From Amoebophrya sp. A120 (lineage: Eukaryota; Protista; Dinoflagellata): a DNA stretch of 64,000 nt. The stretch is taken from NCBI GenBank assembly GCA_905178155.1, contig CAJINV010000020.1, positions 124,001 through 188,000 of the forward strand. Reading direction: 5' to 3'. Below the pieces are notes generated by a model. That model did not search any database and had not been told where the DNA came from. It saw only the letters and a list, made by a program, of their open reading frames with translations. The translations under genes and the position numbers were made by a program. Of the stretch, positions 24,601 to 36,585 are shown in pieces; the stretch's first letter is position 1; every line of letters starts with the position of its first letter.

Positions 24601-25600
24601 GAATAGCGTCGCGAAACTCCGGGACATTGAGAAATTGCTGAAACCAAACGGGCGTGGTCCACGCGTTTAACGGGAAGGACCGGGGGGTCTTGTTGTGCTG
24701 CTGGTAGTACTCCAAATCTAACGGCGCCTTCAGCCCCTTGAACAGGGGGGAGTCCTTCGCTTCGCTCTTCATCTTGCTCCCCACGGCCGCGTCGTCGATA
24801 GGAACCGCGCCGAGGTGACCGTAGAACCCCTTCTGGCCCTTGTCCGGGCGAAAATTCCGGACCAAGCTGTCGCCCAGCTCCTCGCGGAATCGGTGCGTGC
24901 TCTGCATCTTGGCGGTGTCGACGATTCGTTGTTTCTCCAGCTGGTAGTCCATCTGCGTCATCTTTGTCGTGCCAGCGTCGAGGTGGAGGGTACTATCACC
25001 GACGTCTTTACTATTACCGGCTGCTGCTCCACTTGTTCCACCTCTATTCGGGGATTTCACGTCAGTCGTAGCGCCGGCCCCCAGTGTTGATCCTGCTCCA
25101 GTTGACTTCAAGGCTCTTGTACTCAAAGCTGCGGCGACGCCAGCTGCGCCGAACAAACCGGCTGGTGCGCCCCCGCTGCCCGCGTGTTGTAGTTCATCAT
25201 CTTGTTCCCCGCCGAAAAAGAGTGAGTCCCACTTGGCCAGCGGTTTCAACAGGTGCAAATGCCGGTGGTCCCGCAAACTGTTCTCCATCAGGGCGGCCCG
25301 CACCGGATTCCGCTCCCGCCGCCTTCCGAACCGCGCTGCACTAGTGTAGTACGATGACACGACACCAGCACCCGCAGACTGGTCGTAGTTGCCGTACTTA
25401 CGAAAGAGCTCGTCGACCGACTGCCCGCTGGTGTCCAGTAAATCTTTCGCGTAGACGGACAGACGCTGGAATGAGGCAGGTTGATGTTGCCTGCCATTCT
25501 TATTACCGGACGAGTTGTAGTTCATTCCGCTTCTCGAACCAGAAGACCCGCCGGCCTGCAGATTGTGCGGCCGGTGCGATGTCGACGATTCGCCGAGCAT
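12687..25600 (-). CDS. Very large low-complexity hypothetical protein (~3,100 aa) split by 8 TIR elements; 5' end uncertain
   Basis: Removing 8 elements (3584 nt in total) from the 12914-nt span leaves 9330 nt in one frame. Junctions include CLTW|RVWN, ERVR|SLLQ, EKMN|EKDK, LYD|ALVAE. The 21376-22418 boundary was chosen to fit the frame. Confidence 0.7.
17159..17410. mobile_element. TIR introner family A
   Basis: TATGGATTGCAAAAATGTCTGGGTCTGG...CCAGACCCAGACATCTTTACATTTCGTA; DR CCAAG. Confidence 0.9.
18041..18308. mobile_element. TIR introner family A (diverged)
   Basis: TATACACTGCAAACATGTGG...ACATGTTTGCATTAGATA; DR CGCAC. Confidence 0.85.
18956..19211. mobile_element. TIR introner family B
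   Basis: TATAACCTGCTCAGG...TTTGAGCAGGTCATA; DR TTCAT; homologous to 5898-6162. Confidence 0.9.
19250..19528. mobile_element. TIR introner family C
   Basis: TATCCTGTGTAAAAACGTCCCCAC...GTGGGGACGTTTTTACTCAGAATA; DR TCGTC. Confidence 0.9.
19907..20168. mobile_element. TIR introner family A
   Basis: TATCAAATGCAAAAGTGTCTGGGTC...GACCCAGACATTTTTGCAATCCATA; DR CGTCA. Confidence 0.9.
20288..21305. mobile_element. ~1-kb long-TIR (Foldback/MULE-like architecture) non-autonomous element inside an exon
   Basis: TATGAAGTCACAAAATACAAAAAGGTGACAGGTAAA mirrored by TTTACCTGTCCCCTTTTTGTATTTTGTGCGTTCATA; imperfect TIR ~340 bp with ~22-nt subrepeats; 8-nt DR CCGCTTTT. Confidence 0.9.
21377..22418. mobile_element. 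~1-kb TIR element, second type, no clear short DR
   Basis: TACAGCTTGGATGGCCATTAGAT...ATCTAATGGGCGTCCAAGCTGTA, ~60-bp TIR; internal GGTGAATTT/AAATTCACC repeats. Confidence 0.85.
23741..23908. mobile_element. Short TIR introner family F (degenerate)
   Basis: TATGCATTGCAGAAGTATCAGTAC...GTACGATACTTATTTTATTGCGATTCATA; DR 3/5 (ATCTA/ATTCA); frame restored. Confidence 0.7.
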
Positions 25601-27241
25601 TTTTGCCGCGTACTAAGGAGCTACTAGAAGATAACACGACAGCACCTAGCGACACTTTCTTTTCGATTTCTTTGTCCTGGCACCCGCTTTGACTAGACGC
25701 TGTGCAAGCAGGCCCCCGGATCGTAGAAGCTGGGCAACACCAGCCGCGGGTGTAGTTCTCGGACGCCGTGCTGGGTCCAGCTGTGGTGCTCCATTACGGT
25801 CCGTCAGCTGCTCGGAATGGCGGGTAGACCTCCTTCATTCCTGGCAATGTGACTTGCTGCAGGATGAAAAAGGATGGCGCCGAAACGAGAATGGCTTTTC
25901 CTCTTCCGGTCGCCTCTCGTAAGAATGACCATCTTTATCTTTTGCTTTGCTCGGTCTAAGCGTGAAATACGGTGGTTGAAAAGAGTTGCGCAAGAAACGA
26001 ATTCTGAGTTGGTATTCGTCAAGAAAGTTGATGCTCAATAAATCACGTTAGACCACTAGCACACGTAGTTACTTATCTAGAAGTAGTTCCTGGATTAAAA
26101 TAAGCAAGCGGTATCCGGTATCTTTCGCCGAGCATCGTACTTACTTTCCGCTTTCTCATCTACGTCGGGGTAACGAAGACTATGCTGGAGATCATCCAGG
26201 TGCGTAGTTATTCTAGTAGAACTAGAAGACTGATCCATCGTGGCAATAGAACGGCGCCTAGGGAGTAATAGTAATACTGAAGTAGTGGTGTAGAGCATTA
26301 TTTTTAGCAGACTGAGTACCTCGGTTGCAGCATCTTTCTCCCTCGAGATGGATCTTCCTCCTGTACTAGGTCATAGCACCTACTAGTTGTCAGTATGCTC
26401 CTTTTGGTAGTCAGTCATCTCTGTCATGTGTAGGATGAGCTTGAGAGCAAGGATCTCGAAAACGTTCCTTCCGAAGGAACTCGGCGAGAAACACTAGTGC
26501 AAGACAGGGCCGCGAATATTAAGACCCGACATCCCATCGCAACCCGTCCCCGAGAAAAATGACGCAAGCCCGCGACGAAGGTTGTCCGTGTTGGTCGCCA
26601 GGAGTACTGCTTGTCTCTTTCTTGTTTTTGGCTCTTTAGTGCAGTTGTTCAACATCCTGTAAGTGTACATCAACATACCATGGCAAAAATTGCGCGTGGT
26701 TCGTCGTGTTTCTTTTTCTTATGCTGGCGAAGCTGTAAGTAGTACCACTCCTTTTACGCGGCCCGCAAGTTGAAGACTTTTGCACTTCGTGGTTTGGTTC
26801 CTACGAAAGTAATTGTTTGAAACCTGCGTTGTTCACTACAGCAAGTTAAAAGTCGTAATTCACGCTTTTTCAGCTCGGCGTCAGCAAGGTCCGTTTTCCA
26901 TTCCCTTTCAACTTTTACAGTTCAAAATAACACTGCTGACAAAAATCGAAACTATGAAAGATTTAATGGTTGTCCACTTCAGTTACTTTGCTATACCGAA
27001 ATAAATCATGCCAACGTTCACTTTTACGCGAAAGCCTTTGGAATTCTCTCTAAATATTCTTCCCAACGATAACTGCTTGTGGGTTGTACTTGCTCCTGCG
27101 ATAAATGTCTATAATCAGATAGATGAAACGTGAAGATTCAAAAATGACTTCTCGAAACGACTTCGAAACTTATCGAACCTACGTTGTAGTTTGTGAGCCA
27201 TTCATTAACTAGTACCCGAGTAGGAGGACCACTACACGACC

Positions 27242-30200
27242 TTACGCTTTGTACTTCTTTTCGGGCGAGTCCGGTTTGGGCGCGACCTTCTTTTTCGCGG
27301 GCAGTGGCGCCGGTTTTTCCCCGGGCTTCACGTATTCCGGATTCTTCTCAAAGGTTTCTTCCTTCTCCTCCACCCGGTCCTTTGCCTTTTCGTAGTTCTT
27401 GGACCAGTCGAGATCGGTCGGGTCCGGCTTCGCGTCCCCCTCGTTCAAGGGGTTGGTGCGGGTTCCTGTGTGGATCATGAAGATCTTCGTGTGAACAATT
27501 CAATCAAATTTTGATGTGCTGGCTAGTATCCGTACATTTTTCAATCACTCGAATAACTGCATAAAGTTTATTTCCCTCATACCGGTGCTGCCGTGCTATG
27601 CTATGCTATACCGTGCCACTCCGCGCTGAGCATCTCCCACATGGCGACGGTGGAGAATATCAAATGTAAAAATGTCTGGGTCTGGAAGATTGCGAGATTT
27701 GTCGTGCTAGTCTGGCATGACTCTGCACTCTGTATTGCGTGGCCACCAAGAGGTCTTCTTGCTTGTCATGCAAAAGCGCAGTTTCTCATGCGCAATACGC
27801 ATCACAGAAGCACGAACAAACCTGTCATGCTTGGCGGCGCATTACAGAGCACTTATTGTTCACGGACTTGCATCACAAGTTTCCAGACCCAGACATTTTT
27901 GCATTCGATAGAGAACGCGAGGCGCTTATTCTTGTCGTCCTTCAAGTCATCGAATTCTGCGACGACCTTGAACAATGTCTTCAGTTTGTCATCCTCGGTT
28001 CGTGTAGTTTCGCCGGTCACGTCGACAACATAGCTGTTTGGCAAATGGAAACGATTTCTGCATAGCTAGATATTTAGAAAAATCCATCCGGGTGGAAACG
28101 ACAGCATTACACCTTCCCTTCATCATACTCAAAACGGTGTACCCCTGAAAAGCGGCAGCCGCACGGCTTACACGATCACAAACGTTATGTGTCAGTATAC
28201 TCGATGGGTTCTCCTTCCGGCGTCATCCAGTGACCCGGGGTCCACTATGAAATGTAAAAATGTCTGGGTCTGGGAGAGCGCATTTTAGAACACAGAAAAA
28301 TTCTCACGCATGGGGGATTTGTCATGCGGATTCGGCATTGCGGAAGCTTCTCGAAACCTGTGATGCTAGAGCTTCCATGCCAGACCTTCTGTGTCATGCA
28401 GAAACAGCATGACTCTTCCAGACCCAGACATTTTTGCATTTGATATCCACCTGACCTTGACCAGTCTCTGACTCGGGATCGGCTCGTACTTGCAGCAGGC
28501 ACAGCAGGGTAGGCAGCACCCGCAAAACGCCGTGAAGGGTCCTGCGCAGGGCGCCACGCACTTCCCGCACATCCCGGTCGGCGAACAGCACGCGTCCGCG
28601 CAGCAGAGCTTCAGTCCGGGTCCGCTACAGCAGGCCGGCTGTCCCGGGGGCGGCGGCGCACAGCAGTAGCACGGCCCGTTCTCGCAGGCACCGCCGGGCG
28701 CGCAAAACGGAATTCCGCACTGCAGGGCGAGCTGCATCAAAAACCCGGGCTTGCCACAGAAACCATTCGGCGCACAGCATTGGGTGGAGCCGAGACCTGT
28801 GAAAAAAATGTGTTTGTAAAGTAGTACTTGTAAATGATGCTGATGGACGATGAAAATAACGGTGCGGCGTTGTTGAAGAAGTGTCGGGGGATTCATTGAC
28901 AGGTGGAAAACAAGCAGCAGCTCTGAAAATAAAATGCTCAACTGTTTGCAATAAACTGGAGGAAACGACCAAAAGAAAATAACTGTAGCTCCGTGGAGCC
29001 TGTAGCTCCTGCAAAGAAATGATAAAACAAAAACACCTTGACAGCACTTTAATTCGCCAAACCAGTCCGGTTTGCCCTTGGGACAGCAGCCCCCGGGTCC
29101 GCACATTTGACCCTCCAAGTGGCAGGCCGGCATGCCGCCCGGACAGCAGCCGGTGGCGCTGCAGCACCCCTCACCCTCGCAGCACGGCAAGCTGCCGCAG
29201 CCAGGCGGTGGCTCCACTGGTTCTGCCGGACGGCGGAGCGCGTACCTGGGAAGAGAAAGATTCGATGATCATACATAATGATGCATGTGGGCAGCGAAAT
29301 CAAGTGCACCAGAAGATAATTCATCGCGCCGGTTGGGGTTGGAGAAGCACTTGCACGACACTTCTGACACTGCCATGAATGTCGGTGAAAGAAAAAAGTC
29401 CTCCCAAAAAAATATCGTAAATCACGATCGTACTTACATCTTACTTCATGTTTTTCTCTCCGTCATCCACGCGGTACAGTACCACGTCCTGCGTCGGGTC
29501 TCCGCCTCCTCCGAGGCAGGGGCACAGCGGTTGCGGGGGCGGGGGCACTTCGTTCAGGCTTCCGAGCACTTTTCCGTTGTACAAAACCTTTACCAAGCAG
29601 CTCCCGTCCTTCTTGGCGCCCAGCCTGCGGTGATAGATACGACAACGAGGATGAAAATCAACATGAAGATGAAACCAGAGCATAGCTGGACATGCAAAAG
29701 AATAATTTTTAGCGCGTTCATCTTCGAGAAATTGTATGTAAATCTACGTTTTTACCCGATCATCCCCATCAAGCCGCCACCTTGCTTCTCGGCCCATTCG
29801 TACGTCAACTTGTTCCCGTCCGCGTCCTTAAACTCAAAAGTCGTCTCCAATTTTCCCTCGAGCTCCTGGATCAGGCGATCGCACTCTTCCATGGCCATCC
29901 GGGCCTGCGCCAGCTTCTTTTCGTCCTCTGTTACGCGTTGTAGATGTAGAAATTAACAGCTGCACCACGACGTGTGAATAAATCAACAATGATGGCTCAA
30001 GCTGCTAACGGCTGCCGCTGCACAAAGGCAAACCCCACTTTTGCTCACGAAAAAAACAGCAGTTATAATTGCATTTATCCTTCTCGCGAAGATGAAGGAT
30101 AAGTGGCGCGAAGATGAAAAGTAACGGATGAAAGTGGCGGGTATATTCAAGCAGAAGTATTCAAGCAGATAGATCACTACTATTCAAGTAGAAGTACTTT

Positions 30201-32396
30201 TGTCGCCTCCCTTCGCGTCCTTCTCCAATTTGGCGCGCTCGCGCTGCTTGTTCGCGATTTTCTGCATGATACCCTCGTTGATTCCGCCCGTTTTGGTGAA
30301 GACTTCCCCCATGAAGTTCACCGTGGTTTTTCCCACTGTCATCTGATTCATGCCAAACACGATATCCTCCTTTGTCATCCGCAGTGCGTTGTCCTCCCCG
30401 TCGTCGACGGCACCGCCGGCGCCCGGCGCGGGCTTGTTCATACCCCCTGACTTCAGCGCGGCCTTCCGCGCGGCGACAAACAAAAAATCGGCGGAAACTG
30501 TAGTTTTGTCTACTAAAAGTGGTTTTCTGGCTGTACTAGCTGTTAGATGTATTTAGTGTGTGACAGCTTCTACATGGTGCTGAACATGCTGGTATGCACT
30601 TGTGTGACGCCTCTACGTAGATTGCTACCAAAAAATCGCATATCAGTACAGCATCTTCCCCTTGCCGTCATCCACCCGCCAGTACACCTCGTCTTTGCCG
30701 TCGGCTTCCTTCTTACCGCCGCACGGGCAACACCCTGCCTTTTTGGCGTTCATATGCATTGCAAAAATGTCTGGGTCTGGAAAGAGAAAGTTGTCATGCT
30801 ACAACATGAGTCACGAAATGACTAGAGTAGGCAGCCAAGCATGACAAAGTTTTGAACGGTCCTGCGGTGCTTAAAACGCATGAGAAAATGCGTCTTTGCA
30901 TGACACAGAACGAGCACTAGTATTCCTCAACGCGCATATACAGAGTTTGGGAGCAACATGGGAGTTCAGCATTACAAGTCTGGCATCCTACTTCGAGACC
31001 CAGACATATTTGCACTTGATAGTTCATCGGGTTCGACAACGCGCCCAGCAGTTCGCCGTTGTGAAACACCTTGTTTTTGGTCATGATTCAAGTAAACTCC
31101 TCCACCACATCGTGTCCATCTCCTCGCGGATAAACAACAAACTTTTTCTCATTTATGAACAATAATTCAACATTCAACTATACGTCGACCTGCTAGATAA
31201 ACTTCTTTCAAAAGTTCTCTACCTTCACCTGCACCACGCTTCCTTCGTCTTTGACCCACTCGTACTTCAGCGTGTTTCCTTTCGCGTCCTTAAACTCGAA
31301 GGTCGTTTCCAACTTTTGCTCGAGGGCCGCGATTTCCATCTTCAGCTGCATGGTCTTATCGTCGCCCTCCTTCTTACCGTTTCCCTTCTTCTTCAGCTCG
31401 GCCTGTTTCACCTTCAGCGCCTGGGCAAGCCCTTCGTTCAGGCCCCCGGACCGCTCGTAGCGCTCCCCCATAAATTCCACGCTGGTCTTGCCTTGTTGGA
31501 TAATGACAGGTTTTTGGTTGGAGACAGATAGGAAATACAGGTACAGCCCAGGTGATGATGAATAAAGAGGAAGAAAAAGTATAAGCCATCCACTCTGGTT
31601 CTCTTCTCACTTTATTTCAAAAACGATTCAAGGTCACGAATCCACTCAAATCAATCTCACCGACGCTGATTCCACTGGCGCTCGCGACGATTTCCTCTTT
31701 GCACACCCGGAGTTCCCCGTCGTCGCCCAGCGCGGCGCGGCTCGCCTGCCGGCACTTCAAGCAGGTGCCGCACCGCTTGTCCGGGAGATTTCCGCGGAGG
31801 TACTGGAGCATCAGCAACTTTTTCTCGGGCGGCAGGGAGCCGCAAACCATTTCCAAGTCGTCGTACAAAACCGATTTTTTGGCTTCTTCTTCACCCTCCT
31901 TCTTCTCGCCGGAGAGCAGAGTGGGCAGCGCGCCCTCGCCGTCCGGGCCGGCTGTGTGCGACCTGAGACAAGGGGGTGTTGCAGAGCTACTTCCATTGTA
32001 TTTTTTGCACCGTCGTGTCCTCGTGTTTCATCATCAAATCCTCGTATAAAACAAAAACAGTTCGATGCGTATTTACCCTTCCTGCCATCTGCTGCAGCTC
32101 GCGCTGCTAGTTGCTGAACCGCTCATCTGCTCCAACGCCGGGGCCTGCATCGGAAAAGCCCGGGGACCTGCTCTGCTGGTGCAGAGGCTCGTCCGCCCGA
32201 GAAGCGCACCAACGAGCGCGCTCTCTTCCACCACGGGCTGGCCCGGAGCACCTTGCGCGGCTGCGTAGGGGCAATCCTGATTGACCTCTGCGTCTCTGGC
32301 GAGCTTGAAGGTGACCGGCGCCAGTCCTCCGGAGGGATTCTCGGCAGGCCCGTCCCGCATCGTCTCCCCGAACAGCGGGGGGAATAGCATCTTCAT
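27242..32396 (-). CDS. Multi-exon hypothetical protein(s) with an internally duplicated domain and a Cys/Gly/Pro-rich region; may be 1-2 genes
   Basis: Paired exons (KLETTFEFKDA twice; KVFHNGELLG / KVLYNGKVLG; RVDDG twice), Cys-rich exons 28450-29245, canonical GT-AG intron 28797-29036, and three family A elements. Confidence 0.5.
27658..27910. mobile_element. TIR introner family A
   Basis: TATCAAATGTAAAAATGTCTGGGTCTGGAA...TTCCAGACCCAGACATTTTTGCATTCGATA; DR GAGAA. Confidence 0.95.
28246..28445. mobile_element. TIR introner family A (short)
   Basis: Family A TIRs; DR TCCAC; right ~145 bp nearly identical to 52111-52360. Confidence 0.95.
30753..31021. mobile_element. TIR introner family A
   Basis: Family A TIRs; DR GTTCA; removal gives SNPMN|AKKAG. 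Confidence 0.9.
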
Positions 32397-33339
32397 CTCG
32401 TGTCGTCCGGAAAAACTGCAGCAACAGGAGGAACGAATACCGAATACGAAGACGCTGCCTCAGATCAGAAGAAAATGTACATGATAATGAAGAGGTAAAG
32501 CAAAAAATAAAACTGCGCTCCCGTTCCTTATTCTCAGCCGGAATGGAACGGTCGTATCGAGAAAAAAAAACGAAAAAATTGTGTACTTAAAAACTCATGG
32601 AGAAGTACTTGCAAAAAGGAACATCAAATACATAGAAATAGAACTACTTCACGCCATCACGCGAAAAAAATCGCTCAAAAAATTACCCGCTTCCGCGAGC
32701 ATTCACCCCACCGACCAGACACCCCCAAGAAATCCCTTCCGCTAGCCAAAAAAAAAAAAGAAGCTCCCTCAGCGAAAAAAAGCTCTCAAGTAGAATAGGT
32801 TCAGACTTATCCCGGAATCCCAGTACCCATTGCAGCACCGTCCGGTCTTACTGTGCTACCACAAGTTCTGATTTTTGTCGATGGATAACTTCCGTGTCCG
32901 TTTTTGCAACCTTACCAACACAATGTAGCCGCGGCTATCCCTGCGCCCTGCAGCTGGATTTTATATCAGAAGATAAAGCAACGAAAAGGAAAAAAGAAGC
33001 AGGTAGAGAGAACAAGGTCGGTCAGTTCAATTAATGATCCGCCGACAACGTGCCACATGGAGCACATCTCAGGTACTGCAGCAAAGGCGTCGCAAGAAGA
33101 TCATCCCGCTCTGCAGTGCCTCAGTCCTGCAAGAGGTTTGTCTTTCATCTTTCCACGCGACGACTACGCTACCACGTGATTGTTGTCTACTGTGTCAGTA
33201 TGATCTTTTTTTTTGTCCGAGATTCTATGTTTTTCCCTGCGTCAACAAACGCCAGACAAACACTGTCGATTTCGTTCCATGTGTGCGAAAATACAGCGTC
33301 GCTCCTGGTCGTCTAGTACTGGCTGTCGCACATCACTTT

Positions 33340-36111
33340 TCAGAACCGCTGGTCCTTTCCCTGGGCAAAACAGACGTAGGGCAGCAGTCCGACCCACTGC
33401 ACGGCGGCGGACAGGAGAAAAATGGTGTAAAAGTTGTTGTCCAACAGTGCGACGCTCCAGTTGCCAAACACCCCGCTGGTGGCCGCGATCGCGTTTCCAA
33501 TCGACATCAAGTGCGCGTCGTACTGATTCGGGGACAGGTCCGTGTAGCCGGCAATAAAGCCCGGGAAAGTGAAGGCGCCCAACGCGGTCATTAGACAAAT
33601 CAGCACGCAGCAGTGCAGAGCCGTGAAGGCGACCCCAAACTGGTCTTGCGTTTTGTTCTCGTCGACGTCTGCGTCTGCTTCTGAGTGCGGTACGATTTTT
33701 TTCGTGATCGATTCCGTGCTTTTAGATTGTGAGTTTACTGTAGAACTGGTTGTAGCGGTTCCTCGACTTGCGGGTCCCCAGTGCGGCAGCACTTCTTGCG
33801 TCTCGTCCGTTATTTCCTGTTCTTCTTTCTTCTGAACTTCTTTCTTCAGGAACCAACTTTCGACGTTGTTTTCGCGGCCCCTTGTTTCTACTCCTGCTGT
33901 CTCCCCCAGCCTCCACGATGTTGAAACTGTCGGGGCAGCAGCCGCGCTCGCAGAGGGCGGTATTGAATGAGGATCAAGATGAACATCAGCTGTGCTGCTC
34001 AACAATGAAGGCACACTTTTGATGTTGACACGGTCGGTAATCTCAGCAGCCGTAGTAGTTTCAAGCGGTCGTATTCTCGTCGAAATTCCAGCTACGTTCG
34101 TCGTTACACTGGTCGTCCGTAGTTCAGGCGAAGTCGCGGACAAGAGCGCCAACACGACGAAGCAAACACTGCAGCCGCCGTTCGCGATCGCGGTCCAAAT
34201 GTATCGGAGTGCAAAACTCCCCCTCACCCTCATTTGTACTGCATGAGCAGCAATACAAGCGTCTGCAGGAATGCAGTTTTTCCATGCCAAATCTGCACAG
34301 GATTGCAGTGCTATTTGGGCTGCCAGAACTTGTCATGCAAACAGTGCCAAGAGGCAGAGACCGGACTTGCTATTTTGCATGACAAATGAGGAAGACAGAA
34401 GGGCGGTGTTGTGCACTCTCATAAAATTCGGCGCACCGCCGTGCAGGTAAGCAGGCGGGAGCTGACGCAGTAGTCCGCGAGAAAGCCGATCGGCCCGGTG
34501 CAGAGGATGAGCGCGATGTACGGTGCCACGCTGAGGAACCCCAGTTGTGCGTAGGGCACGTGAAACCGCTCCTCGTAGAACGAGGGCATCACGCTGATGA
34601 CGAGGTACCAGCCCCAGTTGTAGCAGGTGTGCGCGTATCAAATGCAAAAATGTCTGGGTCTGGGAGGATGGAACTTGTGATGCGCCCTGTGGGTTACACA
34701 AAAATCTGCGTTGCGTGATCACCAAAAGATCTCTTTTTTTGACCAACACGAGCGGGAGTTTCTCATGCAGGATAAGCAGGATAGAGACGTCGCAGAATCT
34801 GTCATGCTAGGCCCTGCATTCCAGACCTCATGGGGCATGGAAAATATGCATGACAAGTCTGCATTCTTCCAGACCCAGACACTTTTGCATTTGGTAGCGC
34901 GAACCAGTTCACGATGAAGGGAACATTTGTCAGAATTTTTTTCCACGGAACCGGAGGCTGGCGAAGATTCGTACCAGTCGCTGTCGTCGTGGTGGTAATG
35001 ATCATATCACCTGCATCTCCGAGAAATCCGCCCTCACTTCCAAAGTTCCCCCTCACCGCTGGGGTCGTCGTGCTGTCTCGCGTGCTTCCCGAGTCCACCG
35101 AACTTGTGGCGTCCGCGTCAATAAGTGCGGTCGCGGCCTTGGGGACCAATTCCCTCCCTGTCGTGCCCGACGTCGTAGTTTGTTCCGAGAAGTTCTGCTG
35201 CAGTACCCACTGTTTCTCCGCCTCGGACATGTTGCGTGCGAGCCAGCCGGCGCGCGACCGCACCGTGTCACTGGCGAAAAACGTGAAAAACCGCAGCCAC
35301 ACGAGCCCCAGCACCGCGGAGAAGTAGAAGATGGACTGCCAGCCGAGCGCGGTCGCCAGCAGGGGACAGACCAGCATGGCGAGGATGTTCCCGATCGGCT
35401 CGCCCGCGAAGCTCCAGGCCCACGCGCGAGACCGTTCCTGCTGCGGCACCCAGCTGGAGATCAGCGCCGTCTGCGCGGGGAAATTCATGCCCTCGCAGAT
35501 GCCGATGAAAACCCGCGCTAGGAAAACGCCGAGGGGGAAATGCGTTTCGTCCCCGCGTTGTCCGTCCAGGTGGTACAGGGGGATGATCAGCATGGACACC
35601 AGAGACCAGAGGAACACCGCCCAGCACAGCAGCCGTTTCGGGCCGTACCGGGCGGCCAGCGAGCCCGCGAACATCTGCAGCGCCGGGTAGCCGAAGAAAA
35701 ACCCGGCCAGCACCGCGGACGCGGCCGTGGACCCGGGGGTGTACATAAAAACCTATCGAATGCAAAAATGTCTGGGTCTGGAAGAATGCATGTTTGTCAT
35801 GCTTGTCTGGCATGACTCTGAAATCTGTCATGCACGTTACCCAAGAGCTCAACTTTTCTGTGATGCAGGAACGCAGTTTGTCATGCAGAATAGGCAACAC
35901 CTAGAAGTCCAGAAACTTGTCATGCTGAGCCAGCATTCGTGGCCTCATCATGAGACGCCACCCAGCATCACAAGTTTCCAGACCCAGACATTTTTACATT
36001 TGATAAAACCACAGCCATGCTCATATTCGCCCGCGCCAGGTACAGACAGGTGTTGCAGAACGTGAGCAGGCCGATGAAGCCCACGCGGTACCGGGTCGGG
36101 GCCGCGGACAT
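33340..36111 (-). CDS. MFS anion:cation symporter (SLC17/sialin-like)
   Basis: YLARANMSMAVV, FFFGYPALQMFAGSLAARYGPK, RVFIGICEGMNFPA, W.P..ERSR, WFA|HTCYNWGWY; in frame after removing 3 elements (674 codons). Confidence 0.85.
34202..34423. mobile_element. TIR introner family D
   Basis: TATCGGAGTGCAAAAC...GTTGTGCACTCTCATA; DR AAATG/AAATT; removal gives VRRI|WTAIA. Confidence 0.8.
34636..34896. mobile_element. TIR introner family A
   Basis: Family A TIRs; DR GCGCG. Confidence 0.95.
35754..36005. mobile_element. TIR introner family A
   Basis: Family A TIRs; DR AAACC. Confidence 0.95.
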
Positions 36112-36585
36112 GGTCGTTCTTTCTTGGGATGAAGAGAAATGGGATCGGTTGTTAGTATTGTACCACTCTACGTCTAGTCGTATTTATCGAAGAAGATATC
36201 TATGTACTTACTTACCCTTAGTTTTCTGCCGTCGTGGTTACCGTATGCTTTCCAAAGCAGCCAGGAGAGCAAAACTCGCTAAGCTGCGCGCTTCATCTCG
36301 CATCAACTCGGTAGCAGCATTGAAGCACCTCATCCTTGTCTCACAATAGACACATCGACATCTGGTCTTTTTAGTCAACGAGAAAAAAATATCAGCAACT
36401 ACCAGCAGCTCTTATACGTCGCCAATAAAAACGACAAATCCGCGAACGCTACGCCGATGTGTGAAAGACCGGCACAGTCGCTGAGAGATCAAGTGCGTTT
36501 TCCGCAACATATCATTGCCATTCACTTCTTGCTCCACTTATCAACATGTGCGCTCACTTTTTTGTACATAGTTTCTGTAGTTGAG

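Noticed and set aside
25601-26340. Possible 5' exons of the giant gene
   Set aside because: Several short open frames, but I could not derive a consistent splice path.
27487-27615. Possible introner with TCGTG/CCGTG direct repeat
   Set aside because: No convincing TIR, and DR-based removal does not join the expected downstream frame; intron type unresolved.
29990-30002. TGGCTCAAG resembling the 3' end of the dinoflagellate spliced leader
   Set aside because: Only 9 nt, on the antisense strand and within a gene body; expected by chance.
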